DNA of 64,000 nt, from positions 6,620-70,619 of the forward strand of contig JAJEGU010000006.1 of NCBI GenBank assembly GCA_022819645.1, read 5' to 3'. Shown here piece after piece: positions 17,149 to 28,956 of this stretch. The stretch is from Pseudomonadales bacterium. Lineage in GTDB: Bacteria; Pseudomonadota; Gammaproteobacteria; Pseudomonadales; Pseudohongiellaceae. Numbering within the stretch: the first letter of the stretch is position 1; each line of letters opens with the position of its first letter. The position numbers were made by a program, and so were the translations under genes. The notes under the pieces were generated by a model. It had not been told where the DNA came from, did no database searches, and saw nothing but the letters and a program-made list of their open reading frames with translations.

Positions 17149-18558
17149 ATGGGGAGAAAACCGATGGTTCGAATCAGCCTGCTGTCGCTGTTGTTCTTTT
17201 GCGGGGCCGCCCTGGCCCAGACCGGAGAACCGGATTGGGACATGGTGGAAGAGGAGACTCTCCGACACTTCCGCGCCTTGCTGCAATTCGATACCAGCGA
17301 CCCGCCGGGCAGGGAACTGCCGGCGGCGGAATATCTGTACGAGATGCTGGCGGCGGAAGACATTCCCGTGGAACTGCTCTGGAACGATCCCGAGCGCCCC
17401 AATGTCCTCGCCCGCCTCGAAGGCGACGGCAGCGAGGAGCCGCTGCTGATCATGGCCCATACCGATGTGGTCAATGTGGATCCGGAGAAGTGGACCTTCC
17501 CTCCTTTCAGCGCCACGGTTGACGGCGGCTATGTCTATGGCCGGGGCGCGGTGGACGACAAGGACAATGTCGCCGCCGGCCTGATGATCATGCTGCTGCT
17601 CAAGCGGTTTGATGTGCCGCTGGCCAGGGACGTGATCTACCTGGCGGAGTCGGGGGAAGAAGGCGCCACCGAATACGGTATCGAGTTCATGGTCAATGAG
17701 CATTTCGACAGGATCAATGCCGAATTCTGTCTGGCCGAGGGCGGCTCGGTGGCCCGGGTGAATCGCGAGGTGCAGTATTCCGGCGTGCAGACCATGGAGA
17801 AGATTCCCTACCGCGTCGAACTGGTCGCCACCGGCCCGGCGGGCCATGGCTCGGTGCCGCTGCAGAACAATTCAGTGACGCGGCTGGCCCGGGCGGTGGC
17901 TGCCATTGCCGACTGGCGCACGCCGATTCACCTAAATGAAACCACCGCCGCCTATTTCGAGCGGCTGGCGTCGATCTCCCCGAGCGACGCCGCCGAGCGA
18001 TATCTGAATGTGCTTGACCCGGGCCTTGCCAGCGAGTCGGATGAGTACTTCCTTGCCAACGAACCGCGCCACGCCTCCATGCTGCGGTCTTCGCTGTCGC
18101 CCAATATCTTTGACGCGGGCTACCGCATCAATGTCATCCCTTCGGAATCACGCGCCAGCGTGGATTTCCGCGCCTTGCCCGATGAGGACGTCATCAGCTT
18201 TCTCGATGAGATCCGGCGTGTGGTGGACGACCCGGCGGTGGAAGTCAGCCTTGGCGCCCGCAATACCCGGCCCAGGGGCGAAAGCAGCCTCGATACCGAC
18301 GCCTTCCGCGCCATCGAGAGCCAGACCCGGGAACATTACGGCGTCATTACCCTGCCCACCATGAGCACCGGCGCCACCGACATGGCCTATCTGCGGGCGG
18401 CGGGAATCCAGTGCTATGGCATCGGCCCCGCCATCGACCGGGAAGACGCGGCCCTCGGATTCGGCGCCCACAGCGACCAGGAACGGATCCTGGTCAGCGA
18501 GCTGCACCGCTTCGTGCGTTTCCACTACGACGTGGTGATTGAGTTGGCGGCGCAATAA
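17149..18558 (+). CDS. secreted M20/M25/M40-family metallopeptidase (paralog of 12682..14151)
   Basis: Motifs LLIMAHTDVV, GRGAVDDKD and LAESGEEGA, plus a signal-like N-terminus. It is clearly alignable by eye to the other M20 gene in the window. Confidence 0.85.
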   Translation: MGRKPMVRISLLSLLFFCGAALAQTGEPDWDMVEEETLRHFRALLQFDTSDPPGRELPAAEYLYEMLAAEDIPVELLWNDPERPNVLARLEGDGSEEPLLIMAHTDVVNVDPEKWTFPPFSATVDGGYVYGRGAVDDKDNVAAGLMIMLLLKRFDVPLARDVIYLAESGEEGATEYGIEFMVNEHFDRINAEFCLAEGGSVARVNREVQYSGVQTMEKIPYRVELVATGPAGHGSVPLQNNSVTRLARAVAAIADWRTPIHLNETTAAYFERLASISPSDAAERYLNVLDPGLASESDEYFLANEPRHASMLRSSLSPNIFDAGYRINVIPSESRASVDFRALPDEDVISFLDEIRRVVDDPAVEVSLGARNTRPRGESSLDTDAFRAIESQTREHYGVITLPTMSTGATDMAYLRAAGIQCYGIGPAIDREDAALGFGAHSDQERILVSELHRFVRFHYDVVIELAAQ

Positions 18559-18629
18559 AATCAGTGCAAAATTTGGCAATTCGCGAAAAACTGGACTAGA
18601 CCTTTCATACGACGCAATAATGCACCGGT

Positions 18630-18902
18630 ATGGAGGTATCCATCGTGGAATTGACAGACATCATCACCCTGGCGGGCGTCGCCGGGACCATCGGCATATT
18701 GCTGAACTTGCAGTACCGGCTGCAAAGGGATATCAGTTCTTTGCGGCAGGACATTAACCGGGACATTTCCGCGCTGAAAAAAGACATGAACAAGGAAACC
18801 GGCAAACTGCGGGAACGCATGGTCAAGATTGAAGACCTGTTCGAGGGTTTCGTCAAACGGGAGTCGCCACAGCCCGGGATATCTCTTCCAGCAACTCCCT
18901 GA
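18630..18902 (+). CDS. small membrane/coiled-coil hypothetical protein (doubtful)
   Basis: 90 aa with one hydrophobic helix (IITLAGVAGTIGILL) followed by heptad-like charged sequence. The RBS is poor. The 3' end overlaps the convergent gene by about 50 nt. Confidence 0.35.
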   Translation: MEVSIVELTDIITLAGVAGTIGILLNLQYRLQRDISSLRQDINRDISALKKDMNKETGKLRERMVKIEDLFEGFVKRESPQPGISLPATP

Positions 18903-19344
18903 TTTCATCAGTGAGCGCAATGCCATGGCGCTGCAATAACGCCTCGGCGTTGCGCCGTGCTGCCGCCGCCGGTTCCGATTGCCGCCCCGGCGAAGAATCT
19001 TCCGCCGCCCGCTGCATCCATTTCTGCTGCAACAACTCCGCGGCGAGTTCATCTTCCTTGATTCGCTCGCGCAGCCGAAGCCGATCCTCTTCCGGCTCGA
19101 ACACCGGCCCCTTCAACCAGCGCCGCGCTTCACGCAGTGGCCGAACCAGCCGATTCCGGCATTGCTCCGAAATTTCCTCGATGCGCCGCCAAAGCGCGTC
19201 GTCCATCACTCCACCGCAGGCGCCGTACCAGTGACAGAACAACACCACATTCACATCGAGGCCATACTCGTCCTGCAGGCGCAGGCAGCACGCCTCCACT
19301 TGCGGCCTTGCATACAGGGCCATCGACCAGGCGGTGAAGTCCAT
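18853..19344 (-). CDS. TIGR02444/DUF2390-family protein
   Basis: The N-terminus FTAWSMALYARPQVEACCLRLQDEYGLDVNVVLFCHWYG matches my recollection of the conserved opening of this family. Function unknown. Confidence 0.65.
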   Translation of the reverse strand: MDFTAWSMALYARPQVEACCLRLQDEYGLDVNVVLFCHWYGACGGVMDDALWRRIEEISEQCRNRLVRPLREARRWLKGPVFEPEEDRLRLRERIKEDELAAELLQQKWMQRAAEDSSPGRQSEPAAAARRNAEALLQRHGIALTDEIRELLEEISRAVATPV

Positions 19345-19416
19345 GGGCGGCGCCGTTTCGGATTTGTGCTATAAGACAGGCCACGGCGTGGCGAGTCAAC
19401 CGGCGAGTCCTCCTTC

Positions 19417-20829
19417 ATGCATCTCCACATCATCGGCATCTGCGGCGCCTTCATGGGCAGTCTCGCCCTGCTTGCCAGGCAGCTCGGCCAACGGGTGAGC
19501 GGCTGCGACGCCAATACCTATCCCCCCATGAGCACCCAACTGGAAGACTGTGGCATCGAAGTGCTGGAAGGCTATCTGCCCGAACATCTGGACCAAACGC
19601 CTGCACTCGTCGTGGTGGGCAATACCATTTCCCGGGGAAACCCGGTGCTCGAGCGGGTGCTTGACGAAGGTATGCCCTACATTTCCGGGCCGCAGTGGCT
19701 TGCCCAGTTCGTGCTCCGGGACAAGTGGGTACTCGGCGTCGCCGGCACCCACGGCAAGACGAGCACCAGCGCCATGCTTGCCTGGATTCTGGAATATGCG
19801 GGGCTCAAGCCGGGATTCCTGATCGGCGGCGTCACCAACAATTTCCCGGTATCGGCCCGGCTTGGCGAATCGGAATTCTTCGTGGTGGAAGCCGACGAGT
19901 ACGACAGCGCCTTCTGCGACAAGCGTTCCAAGTTCATTCACTACGCGCCGCGCACCGCGATTCTCAACAATCTCGAATTCGATCACGCGGACATTTTCGA
20001 CGATCTGGCGGCGATCCAGCGCCAGTTTCATCATCTGCTGCGCATCCTGCCGGGCAACGGGCGCGTCATCCTGCCCGCAGGCGAGCCGGCGCTTGATGCG
20101 GTGATCGAGCAGGGCTGCTGGACTCCGGCGCAGCGCATCGGCATGGCGCTTGATGCGGAAGAATGCAGCCGCATGGCCGAAGAGAACGAGGTGTTCTGGA
20201 ATATCCGGCCAGGCGCCGATGACGGCAGCGCGTTCGAACTCGAACAGTACCGGGCAGGGACTGGAGAGCCCTCGGTGGCGGCTGTCGCCTGGAATCAGGC
20301 CGGATTGCATAACGCCAGGAACGCCGCGGCTGCGATCATCGCCGCCGAACATGCGGGAGTGCTCGCGGCGACCGCGGCGGAAGCGCTGGGCCGATTCAGC
20401 GGCGTCAAGCGCAGGCTCGAATTGCGCGGCCTTGCCGGCGGCATTTCGGTGTACGACGATTTCGCCCACCATCCCACGGCCATCGCCTCAACCTTGCGGG
20501 GCCTTGCGGCCAAGCTCGGCGGCGAGGGCAGAATCATCGCCGTCATCGAACCCCGCTCCAATACCATGAAGGCCGGCGTGCATCAGCAGACGCTGAACGA
20601 ATCCGTGGCGGCGGCCGATCAGGCGGTCTGGTTCCAGCCGCGGGATTGCGACCTGGACTGCGGCGCCCTGGCGGCCGCTGCAAAAACCCCTTCCCGCGCA
20701 TTCCACAGCGTGGACGCCATCATCGACTTCCTCTCCGCAACCGCCAGGGCGGGCGATCACATCGTCATCATGAGCAACGGCGGCTTCGGCGGCATTCACG
20801 AAAGACTGCTGCAGAAATTGCGCGGCTGA
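19417..20829 (+). CDS. mpl: UDP-N-acetylmuramate:L-alanyl-gamma-D-glutamyl-meso-diaminopimelate ligase
   Basis: Starts MHLHIIGICGAFMGSLALLARQLGQRVSGCDANTYPPMSTQLE. Mur-ligase motifs GVAGTHGKTSTSAM and DEYDSAF are present. The length is typical, about 470 aa. Confidence 0.9.
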   Translation: MHLHIIGICGAFMGSLALLARQLGQRVSGCDANTYPPMSTQLEDCGIEVLEGYLPEHLDQTPALVVVGNTISRGNPVLERVLDEGMPYISGPQWLAQFVLRDKWVLGVAGTHGKTSTSAMLAWILEYAGLKPGFLIGGVTNNFPVSARLGESEFFVVEADEYDSAFCDKRSKFIHYAPRTAILNNLEFDHADIFDDLAAIQRQFHHLLRILPGNGRVILPAGEPALDAVIEQGCWTPAQRIGMALDAEECSRMAEENEVFWNIRPGADDGSAFELEQYRAGTGEPSVAAVAWNQAGLHNARNAAAAIIAAEHAGVLAATAAEALGRFSGVKRRLELRGLAGGISVYDDFAHHPTAIASTLRGLAAKLGGEGRIIAVIEPRSNTMKAGVHQQTLNESVAAADQAVWFQPRDCDLDCGALAAAAKTPSRAFHSVDAIIDFLSATARAGDHIVIMSNGGFGGIHERLLQKLRG

Positions 20830-20858
20830 GGCAAATCATCCTGGCGTTGTCTTGCCAC

Positions 20859-20881
20859 ATGTCATTCTGCGCGCAGGATGA
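20859..20881. repeat. minimal palindromic unit of repeat family 1
   Basis: GTCATTCTGCGCGCAGGATGAC is a near-perfect palindrome that shares the GTCATTCTGCGCG core. It lies 30 nt after the mpl stop. Confidence 0.6.
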
Positions 20882-21993
20882 CGGGTAAAGTGTCGCGCAG
20901 GGTCATGGGTTAGCCGGGTGCGGGGCAACCGGACCTTTGCAACCAGTCTTGTTGCCGGAATGTGGCAAGTGTCGGATACTGTGGGGGATTTGCTCGGGAG
21001 TCGTCGATATGACCAGGGTGACTTCGCTTGACATCGCGGACTTGGCCGGGGTTTCCCAGTCGACGGTTTCGCGGGCGCTGCGCGAGAGCCCGCTGGTCAA
21101 CCCCCAGACCCGGCGCAAGATCCAGCTCATCGCCCGGCAGCAGAATTACAAGGTGGACAGCAGCGCCAGCAATTTGCGCTCGCAGCACAGTCGGACCATT
21201 GCCATGCTGGTGCATCAGGAGTCCGAAATGGACTCCGACATCAATCCCTTCTTCGTGTCGATGCTGGCGAGCATTACCCGGGCGGCGGCTGCGCGAAACT
21301 ACGACGTGCTGCTTTCCTTCCAGCAACTGAGCGAGAACTGGATCGTCGATTACCAGAACAGCAACAAGGCGGAGGGGATCATCCTGCTGGGATATGGCGG
21401 CTACACCGACTACATCCGCAAGGTCGAATTGCTGGATGACGATCACATCCTGACCTGGGGGCCCGTGATCGAAGGCCAGCCCGGACACTTCATCGGCTGT
21501 GACAATCGGCAGGGCGGATACATCGCCACGCGCCACCTGCTCGAACTCGGCCACCGCGAGATCGCCTTCCTGGGAGATATTTCCGACGATTGCCCCGAGA
21601 TGCAGGACCGCTATCTCGGTTATTGCCGGGCCTTGCGCAAGGCCGGAATTCGCGAGGACCCGGCCTTGCAGGCAACGGCGGCGCCCGCGGAGCGCAGCGG
21701 CTATCTGGCGGCCCGGGAATTGTTGCGCCGCGCCGCGGCCTTCAGCGGGGTGTTCTGCAGCAGCGACCTGGGCGCCCTCGGCGCGGTCAATGCCCTGCGG
21801 GAAGGTGGATTGTCAGTTCCCGGGGATGTTTCGGTGGTCGGTTTTGACGATATTCCCGCGGCTTCCTACGCCACGCCCGCATTGACCACGGTTCGCCAGG
21901 ATACCGCCAGGGCGGGGCAGATCATGGTGGATGCGCTGTTGCAACTCGTGGCCGGAGAGGCGATCCGCTCGCAGCTCATCGAGCCGGAACTGA

Positions 21994-23745
<1,752 letters not shown>

Positions 23746-23808
23746 GTTGTACGGATTCCCAGCGCATCCGGCCCGAGTATACTGCCAAAGCCGGTGGCCA
23801 TTATGAAC

Positions 23809-23822
23809 TGCAATCGTATTCA
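23809..23822. promoter_or_regulatory. candidate LacI-family operator (site 1)
   Basis: TGCAATCGTATTCA fits TGnAAnCGnTTnCA at 9 of 10 constrained positions. It sits in the divergent region between the alpha-glucosidase and GH13 genes. It is nearly identical to the sites at 38016 and 45429. Confidence 0.45.
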
Positions 23823-23871
23823 TTGCGCCGGTTTTTGAATCAGGCTGCGGCTTGTGCTATCTCCATCCCTC

Positions 23872-26541
23872 ATGAGAAAAATTCTGCTGCCCGGCCTGTG
23901 GGCCGCCCTGGCCGCATGCTCGGGGGAGGAGCCGGCGGGCGGGATTGGCGCCGCAACCCCGGCGGCGGTTTCCGCCACTCCGGAACCACTGCCCGCGGCC
24001 GGACCCGAAGCCTGCGCGGCAAACCCCGGGCAACTGCTCCATGTCGCCTCTCCCGACTGGCGCGAGCAGGTCATCTACATGCTGATGATCGACCGTTTCA
24101 ACGACGGCGATCCCGCCAACAACGACCAGGGCCATGGCGAATACGACCCCTCCCGGGCCACCCATTTCAGCGGCGGCGACCTGCGGGGCGTGATCGACCG
24201 GCTGGACTATCTTGAGGCGCTGGGGGTGACTGCCGCCTGGATCACGCCGCCGGTATACAACCAGTGGTGGAGCACGCCCTACCAGGCCGCCGGTTGGCAT
24301 GGCTATTGGGCGGTGCATTTCCAGCAGGTGGACCCGCACTTCGGAACTCTCGAAGACTACCGGCGCCTGTCACACGAATTGCACTGCCGGGGGATGTACC
24401 TGATCCAGGATATTGTCGCCAATCACGTGGGCAACTTTTTCGCCTTCGAGGGCGAGTACGATCCCGATGACACCGCAGGCAATTTCTATCTGCTCGAGCC
24501 GGATTCGCAGCAGCCGACGCCGGCGCAGCATCCCTTCAACCTGATCGACCGGCGCAACCCGGAACATTTTGCTGCCGACATCTACCACTGGACGCCGACG
24601 ATCCAGGATTTTTCCGACCCCTACCAGGAGCACTACTACTCGCTCGGCATGGTCAGCGACATCAACACCGAGAATCCCGAGGTGATCGCGAAGTTCAAGG
24701 AGATCTACAAGTACTGGATCGACGAGGCGGGAGTGGACGCGTTCCGGATGGACACCGTCATGCTCGTGCCACTGCCTTTCTGGAATCGCTTCCTGCATGA
24801 CGACGATGGCATCCATGCCCATGCCAGGGAGCGCGGCAAGGCGGATTTCCTCACCTTTGGCGAAGTGACCGGGGCCTCCGACCCATACGACGACGCCATG
24901 GAGCGCAAGGTGATCGCCTACCAGGAGACCGGCGCCATGCGGGGGCCCAACGCCATGCTCGGCTACCCGCTCTACCATGAAATCAGCCGGGTGCTCGCCC
25001 GGGGCGCGGAACCAGCCTCGCTTGCCTACCGCCTCGGACGCTTCATGGAACTGTATCCGGACCCTTTCACCATTCCCAATTTCATCGACAATCACGACAC
25101 CGCGCGATTCCTGGCGGCGGGGCATCCGGCGGCTTTCCGCCAGGCGCTGGCCCTGCTGTTCACGATTCCGGGAATACCCATCGTCTACCAGGGCACCGAG
25201 CAGGGCTTGCCGGAGTCGCGAATGGCCATGTTCGCCGGCGGCTTGCGCAATCCCGGAGGCTCCTTCGATGAAGACACGGCGTATTACCGCTATCTCCAGC
25301 GGCTGACCACGCTGCGGGCTGAGAATGCCGCGCTGACCCGCGGCGGACTTGGGTTGCTGGCCTCCGAATCCAGCGGCCCCGGCTTGCTCGCCTACCGGCG
25401 GGAACACGAGGGCGAAAGCGTGATCGTGCTGCTGAACACCGCCGATCACAGCATATTCGCCCATCGGCTCGAGGTGGGCGCGGCGCCGCTGCAGCGCCTG
25501 GAAGTGTTGTTTGCGGAATCTGCTCCGGAAGCCGCGGTCACCGATTCCGCCGGGCGCTTGAGTCTGCGGCTTCCGCCGCGGGCGGTCATGGTGCTGCGTG
25601 TTGCCGGAGAAACCGTATCCACCACGGCGCCGCCGGAGTATCTTGACATCGTGATCGAATCGGCCGGAATCGAAGGGCGGGTTTTCAGCGAGGATTTTGA
25701 ACTCAGTGGCCGGGTCAGCCAGGGCAATGCGGCTTTGCAGTGGATTCCCAACGGCAACTTGGACCGCGCCACCGAATTCACCGCGGACGAACAGGGCGAG
25801 TGGCGGATCAATGTGCCGGTTCGCGACCTCGGCGAGGCGTCGCGGTTTCTGCAGGTGTATTCGGCGGATTTCGATCAGTTGTCCGAGCGCGTCAACTTTT
25901 CGACCCGGGTGACCGAAGCGGCATTGACTGTGAGGGTCGAGGACGACCCGGACGATGCCCATGGCCCCACCGGGCGCTACATCAGTCCGCGGCATTCCCA
26001 GAGCGGGCGTCAGCGCGAAATCGAATCGGTCGGCGCCCGCGCTGCCGGAGCCAATCTGGAACTCACCGTGACCATGGCGGAAGTCACCACTCCTTGGCTG
26101 CCGCCCTATGGTTTCGACAATGTGCTTCTGACACTGTTTTTCGACCTCCCGGACCGGCGGGGCGCCACCGAGCTGCCGTTGCTCGACGCCAGCGCGCCGG
26201 AGGGCATGGATTGGGACCTCGCGCACTTCGCCCGCGGCTGGGACAGTTATACCTATCTCGCTTCGGGCAGCGACGCGAACCGCCAGGGGGACAAGCTCGG
26301 CGTCTCGCCCCGGCTGAGCACCGATCAGGACAGCCGCACCATCACGCTGTTCTACGAAGGAGCCGCGCTTGGAGTCGATGACTGGACGGGAAGCCGCATC
26401 TACGTGACCACGTGGGAGTCGACGGCGGAGGGCGATTACATCGACATCAGGCCCGAGCCCAACGACTGGTTTTTCAGCGGCGGAGAGCCCGGCGACCCGA
26501 AGATCATGGACGACGTATTGCTTGAACTGGCGCCCGAATGA
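23872..26541 (+). CDS. GH13 alpha-amylase-family lipoprotein with a long C-terminal extension
   Basis: Lipoprotein signal MRKILLPGLWAALAAC. GH13 regions DRFNDGDPANN, GGDLRGVIDRLDYLEALGVTAAWITP, DIVANHVG, DAFRMDTV, FGEV and FIDNHD are present. About 350 further residues of unknown domains follow. Confidence 0.8.
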   Translation: MRKILLPGLWAALAACSGEEPAGGIGAATPAAVSATPEPLPAAGPEACAANPGQLLHVASPDWREQVIYMLMIDRFNDGDPANNDQGHGEYDPSRATHFSGGDLRGVIDRLDYLEALGVTAAWITPPVYNQWWSTPYQAAGWHGYWAVHFQQVDPHFGTLEDYRRLSHELHCRGMYLIQDIVANHVGNFFAFEGEYDPDDTAGNFYLLEPDSQQPTPAQHPFNLIDRRNPEHFAADIYHWTPTIQDFSDPYQEHYYSLGMVSDINTENPEVIAKFKEIYKYWIDEAGVDAFRMDTVMLVPLPFWNRFLHDDDGIHAHARERGKADFLTFGEVTGASDPYDDAMERKVIAYQETGAMRGPNAMLGYPLYHEISRVLARGAEPASLAYRLGRFMELYPDPFTIPNFIDNHDTARFLAAGHPAAFRQALALLFTIPGIPIVYQGTEQGLPESRMAMFAGGLRNPGGSFDEDTAYYRYLQRLTTLRAENAALTRGGLGLLASESSGPGLLAYRREHEGESVIVLLNTADHSIFAHRLEVGAAPLQRLEVLFAESAPEAAVTDSAGRLSLRLPPRAVMVLRVAGETVSTTAPPEYLDIVIESAGIEGRVFSEDFELSGRVSQGNAALQWIPNGNLDRATEFTADEQGEWRINVPVRDLGEASRFLQVYSADFDQLSERVNFSTRVTEAALTVRVEDDPDDAHGPTGRYISPRHSQSGRQREIESVGARAAGANLELTVTMAEVTTPWLPPYGFDNVLLTLFFDLPDRRGATELPLLDASAPEGMDWDLAHFARGWDSYTYLASGSDANRQGDKLGVSPRLSTDQDSRTITLFYEGAALGVDDWTGSRIYVTTWESTAEGDYIDIRPEPNDWFFSGGEPGDPKIMDDVLLELAPE

Positions 26542-26547
26542 ACTTTC

Positions 26548-26598
26548 GCAATTCTGTCATTCTGCGCGAAGCGAAGCGTAGTCGCAGAATCCGCTTCG
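26548..26598. repeat. repeat family 1 unit (hairpin)
   Basis: GTCATTCTGCGCGAAGCGAAGCGTAGTCGCAGAATC, with an ATTCTGCG / CGCAGAAT 8-bp stem. It is intergenic, between GH13 and the sulfatase. Confidence 0.8.
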
Positions 26599-26608
26599 GA
26601 GGACCGAT

Positions 26609-28027
26609 ATGAACCGCATGCGCCCGATCCACTGGTTTGCCGCCGTCATGATTCTGTTTGCCGGCAGCGCCCCGGCGGCCGAGCGGCCGCCGAACATCGT
26701 GTTGCTCGTGGGCGACGATCACGGCTACCCCTACTTCGGCTTCATGGGCGACGACAATGTCGTGACGCCCGCGATGGACGCCCTCGCCGCGGGCGGAACG
26801 ACGTTCTCCCACGCCCACGTCACGGCGACCTATTGCCGCCCGTCGCTGCGCACGCTGATCACCGGCCTGCATCCGGTGCAATACGTCCAGCGCGAAAACG
26901 AGATTGTGCAGCGGCGCCGAAGCGAAGAACCCGGCTACGCCACGCTCGGCGACAGGGAGAGAGGCCTCTGGGAGCAGGTCGAAAAGGCCGCGGCCATGCG
27001 TGAATTCGAAACGCTGCCGCTGCTGCTCGGCGAAGCCGGCTATGTGAGCTGGCAGGGTGGCAAATGGTGGGAGAACAACTATCGCAACGGCCATTTCACC
27101 GAAGGCATGAGCGAAGGCTGGGACATGTCGGCCTACGGCGGCGACTCGTTCTTCGCGCAACTGATGGGCGCCGACGGCAACGATCTGGTGCGCGAGACGA
27201 TGGAGCCGGTGTTCGATTTCATCGACCGCAACCGGGAGCAGCCGTTCTTCATCTGGTTCGCGCCTTCGCTGCCGCACGTGCCGTTCGACGCGCCCTACAC
27301 CTATAGCAAGTACTACCAGGACATGGACATCTCGGAATCGGCCAAGCTCTACTATTCCAACGTGACCTGGTGGGACGATGGCGTGGGCCGGCTCATGGAC
27401 CACATCGAAAGCCGCGGTCTGATGGACGATACGCTGTTCGTCTACATCAGCGACAACGGCTGGGAGCAGGAGCCGGACGTCGAATACAAGGTGGAGGAAG
27501 CCGCGACGATCGCGGACGACCTGCTGCTCGGCAACGGCGGTCACCTGGGCAAGAACGGACTCTACGACATGTCCTTTCGCTCGCCGCTGGTGTTTCATTG
27601 GCAGGGCCGCATCCGCCACTCGTTCAACACTTCGAGCCTGGTCTCGTCCCTGGACATCTTCCCCACGATTCTCGATCTTGCCGGAGCCGAAATTCCCGAG
27701 GGCCTGCCGGGCAACTCACTACTCCCCCTGATCGAGGGCCGCTCGATGCCGGAGCGGACGCATATCGTCGGCTATACCGACAATCGGCGTTCGTTTACCA
27801 CGCCCATGGGGGAACGCGCGGAAGGCTACTCGGTGCGCACGCACCGCTGGCAATTCCTCTGGTACGCGGACACTGACGAGAAGGTGCTTTACGACGTTAC
27901 CGTGGACCGTCTGGCTGAGAACAATCTGGCGGACGACTACCCGCAACTCGTGGCCGATTTCCAGCGCGTCATCGAAGACTGGAAGGAGGAAGTCGGGATG
28001 TCCGAGGCGATTGCGATCTATGAGTGA
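26609..28027 (+). CDS. formylglycine-type sulfatase
   Basis: Has a signal peptide, PNIVLLVGDDHG, and a CRPSLRTLITG sulfatase signature region (C-x-P-S-x-R-like). Confidence 0.85.
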   Translation: MNRMRPIHWFAAVMILFAGSAPAAERPPNIVLLVGDDHGYPYFGFMGDDNVVTPAMDALAAGGTTFSHAHVTATYCRPSLRTLITGLHPVQYVQRENEIVQRRRSEEPGYATLGDRERGLWEQVEKAAAMREFETLPLLLGEAGYVSWQGGKWWENNYRNGHFTEGMSEGWDMSAYGGDSFFAQLMGADGNDLVRETMEPVFDFIDRNREQPFFIWFAPSLPHVPFDAPYTYSKYYQDMDISESAKLYYSNVTWWDDGVGRLMDHIESRGLMDDTLFVYISDNGWEQEPDVEYKVEEAATIADDLLLGNGGHLGKNGLYDMSFRSPLVFHWQGRIRHSFNTSSLVSSLDIFPTILDLAGAEIPEGLPGNSLLPLIEGRSMPERTHIVGYTDNRRSFTTPMGERAEGYSVRTHRWQFLWYADTDEKVLYDVTVDRLAENNLADDYPQLVADFQRVIEDWKEEVGMSEAIAIYE

Positions 28028-28038
28028 GGCCCGGCTGC

Positions 28039-28833
28039 CTATCTGCCGTCGATGATTCTGCCGATTCCGCCGAGCACCGAACCCTCTCCCTTGCTAGCGC
28101 CGCCGTGGCTTGGCGCGCTGCCGATGATGCGGTCGGCGAGGCGGGAAAAGGGCAGGCTCTGCAGCCAGACCGTGCCCGTGCCGCGCAGGGTCGCCAGAAA
28201 CAGGCCTTCGCCGCCAAACAGCATCGACTTGAGGTTACCCGCCTGCGCGATGTCGTAGTCTATCCCGTTCGAGAACGCCACCAGACAGCCGGTATCCACT
28301 CGCAGGGTCTCGTTCCTCAGGCGCTTGCGGATGAGCGTGCCTCCCGCGTGGACGAAAGCCATCCCGTCGCCTTCGATTTTCTGCAGCAGGAAGCCCTCGC
28401 CACCGAAGAATCCCGCGCCGAGCTTGCGCTGCAGGACGATGCTGATCCGGGTGCCGAGCGCCGCCGCGAGAAAGGCGTCCTTCTGGCAGATCAGCTCGCC
28501 GCCGAGTTCGGCCATGTCGAGCGGTACGATCGTTCCCGGATACGGCGCCGAAAACGCCACCCGCCGCTTGCCGGCGCGGGTATTGGTGAAGTGGGTGGTG
28601 AAAATCGATTCACCGGTGAGCACTCTCTTGCCCGCGCTGAAAAGCTTGCCCATGATTCCCTGGTCCGGGTCGGAACCGTCGCCCATCTTGGTCTGGAAGT
28701 CGATGTTCTCCTCCATGTAGGTCATGGCGCCGGCTTCGGCGACGACGGTCTCGTTGTAGTCCAGCTCGACTTCGACGATCTGAATGTCGCCGCCGATGAT
28801 TTCAAAATCCACTTCGTGGCAATTTCGTGGCAT
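28039..28833 (-). CDS. AIM24/TIGR00266-family protein
   Basis: [39 protein letters not shown]... is typical of this family as I recall it. Function unknown. Confidence 0.75.
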   Translation of the reverse strand: MPRNCHEVDFEIIGGDIQIVEVELDYNETVVAEAGAMTYMEENIDFQTKMGDGSDPDQGIMGKLFSAGKRVLTGESIFTTHFTNTRAGKRRVAFSAPYPGTIVPLDMAELGGELICQKDAFLAAALGTRISIVLQRKLGAGFFGGEGFLLQKIEGDGMAFVHAGGTLIRKRLRNETLRVDTGCLVAFSNGIDYDIAQAGNLKSMLFGGEGLFLATLRGTGTVWLQSLPFSRLADRIIGSAPSHGGASKGEGSVLGGIGRIIDGR

Positions 28834-28956
28834 GGGGTGGTCTCCTGATTTGGGGGTAAATTCCCTAAATTCCGGTCGAACTGTTGCGCTGATGTTACCG
28901 TAATCGGGATGGTCAGGTGGCCTCGACCCGACGGCGACCCATGCTGTGCGGACCGG

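Noticed and set aside
17160-17180. A tRNA-like GGTTCGAATC string.
   Set aside because: It lies inside the M20 peptidase coding sequence (MVRISLL) and has no surrounding cloverleaf. I saw no tRNA, rRNA or CRISPR-like spaced repeats anywhere in the window.
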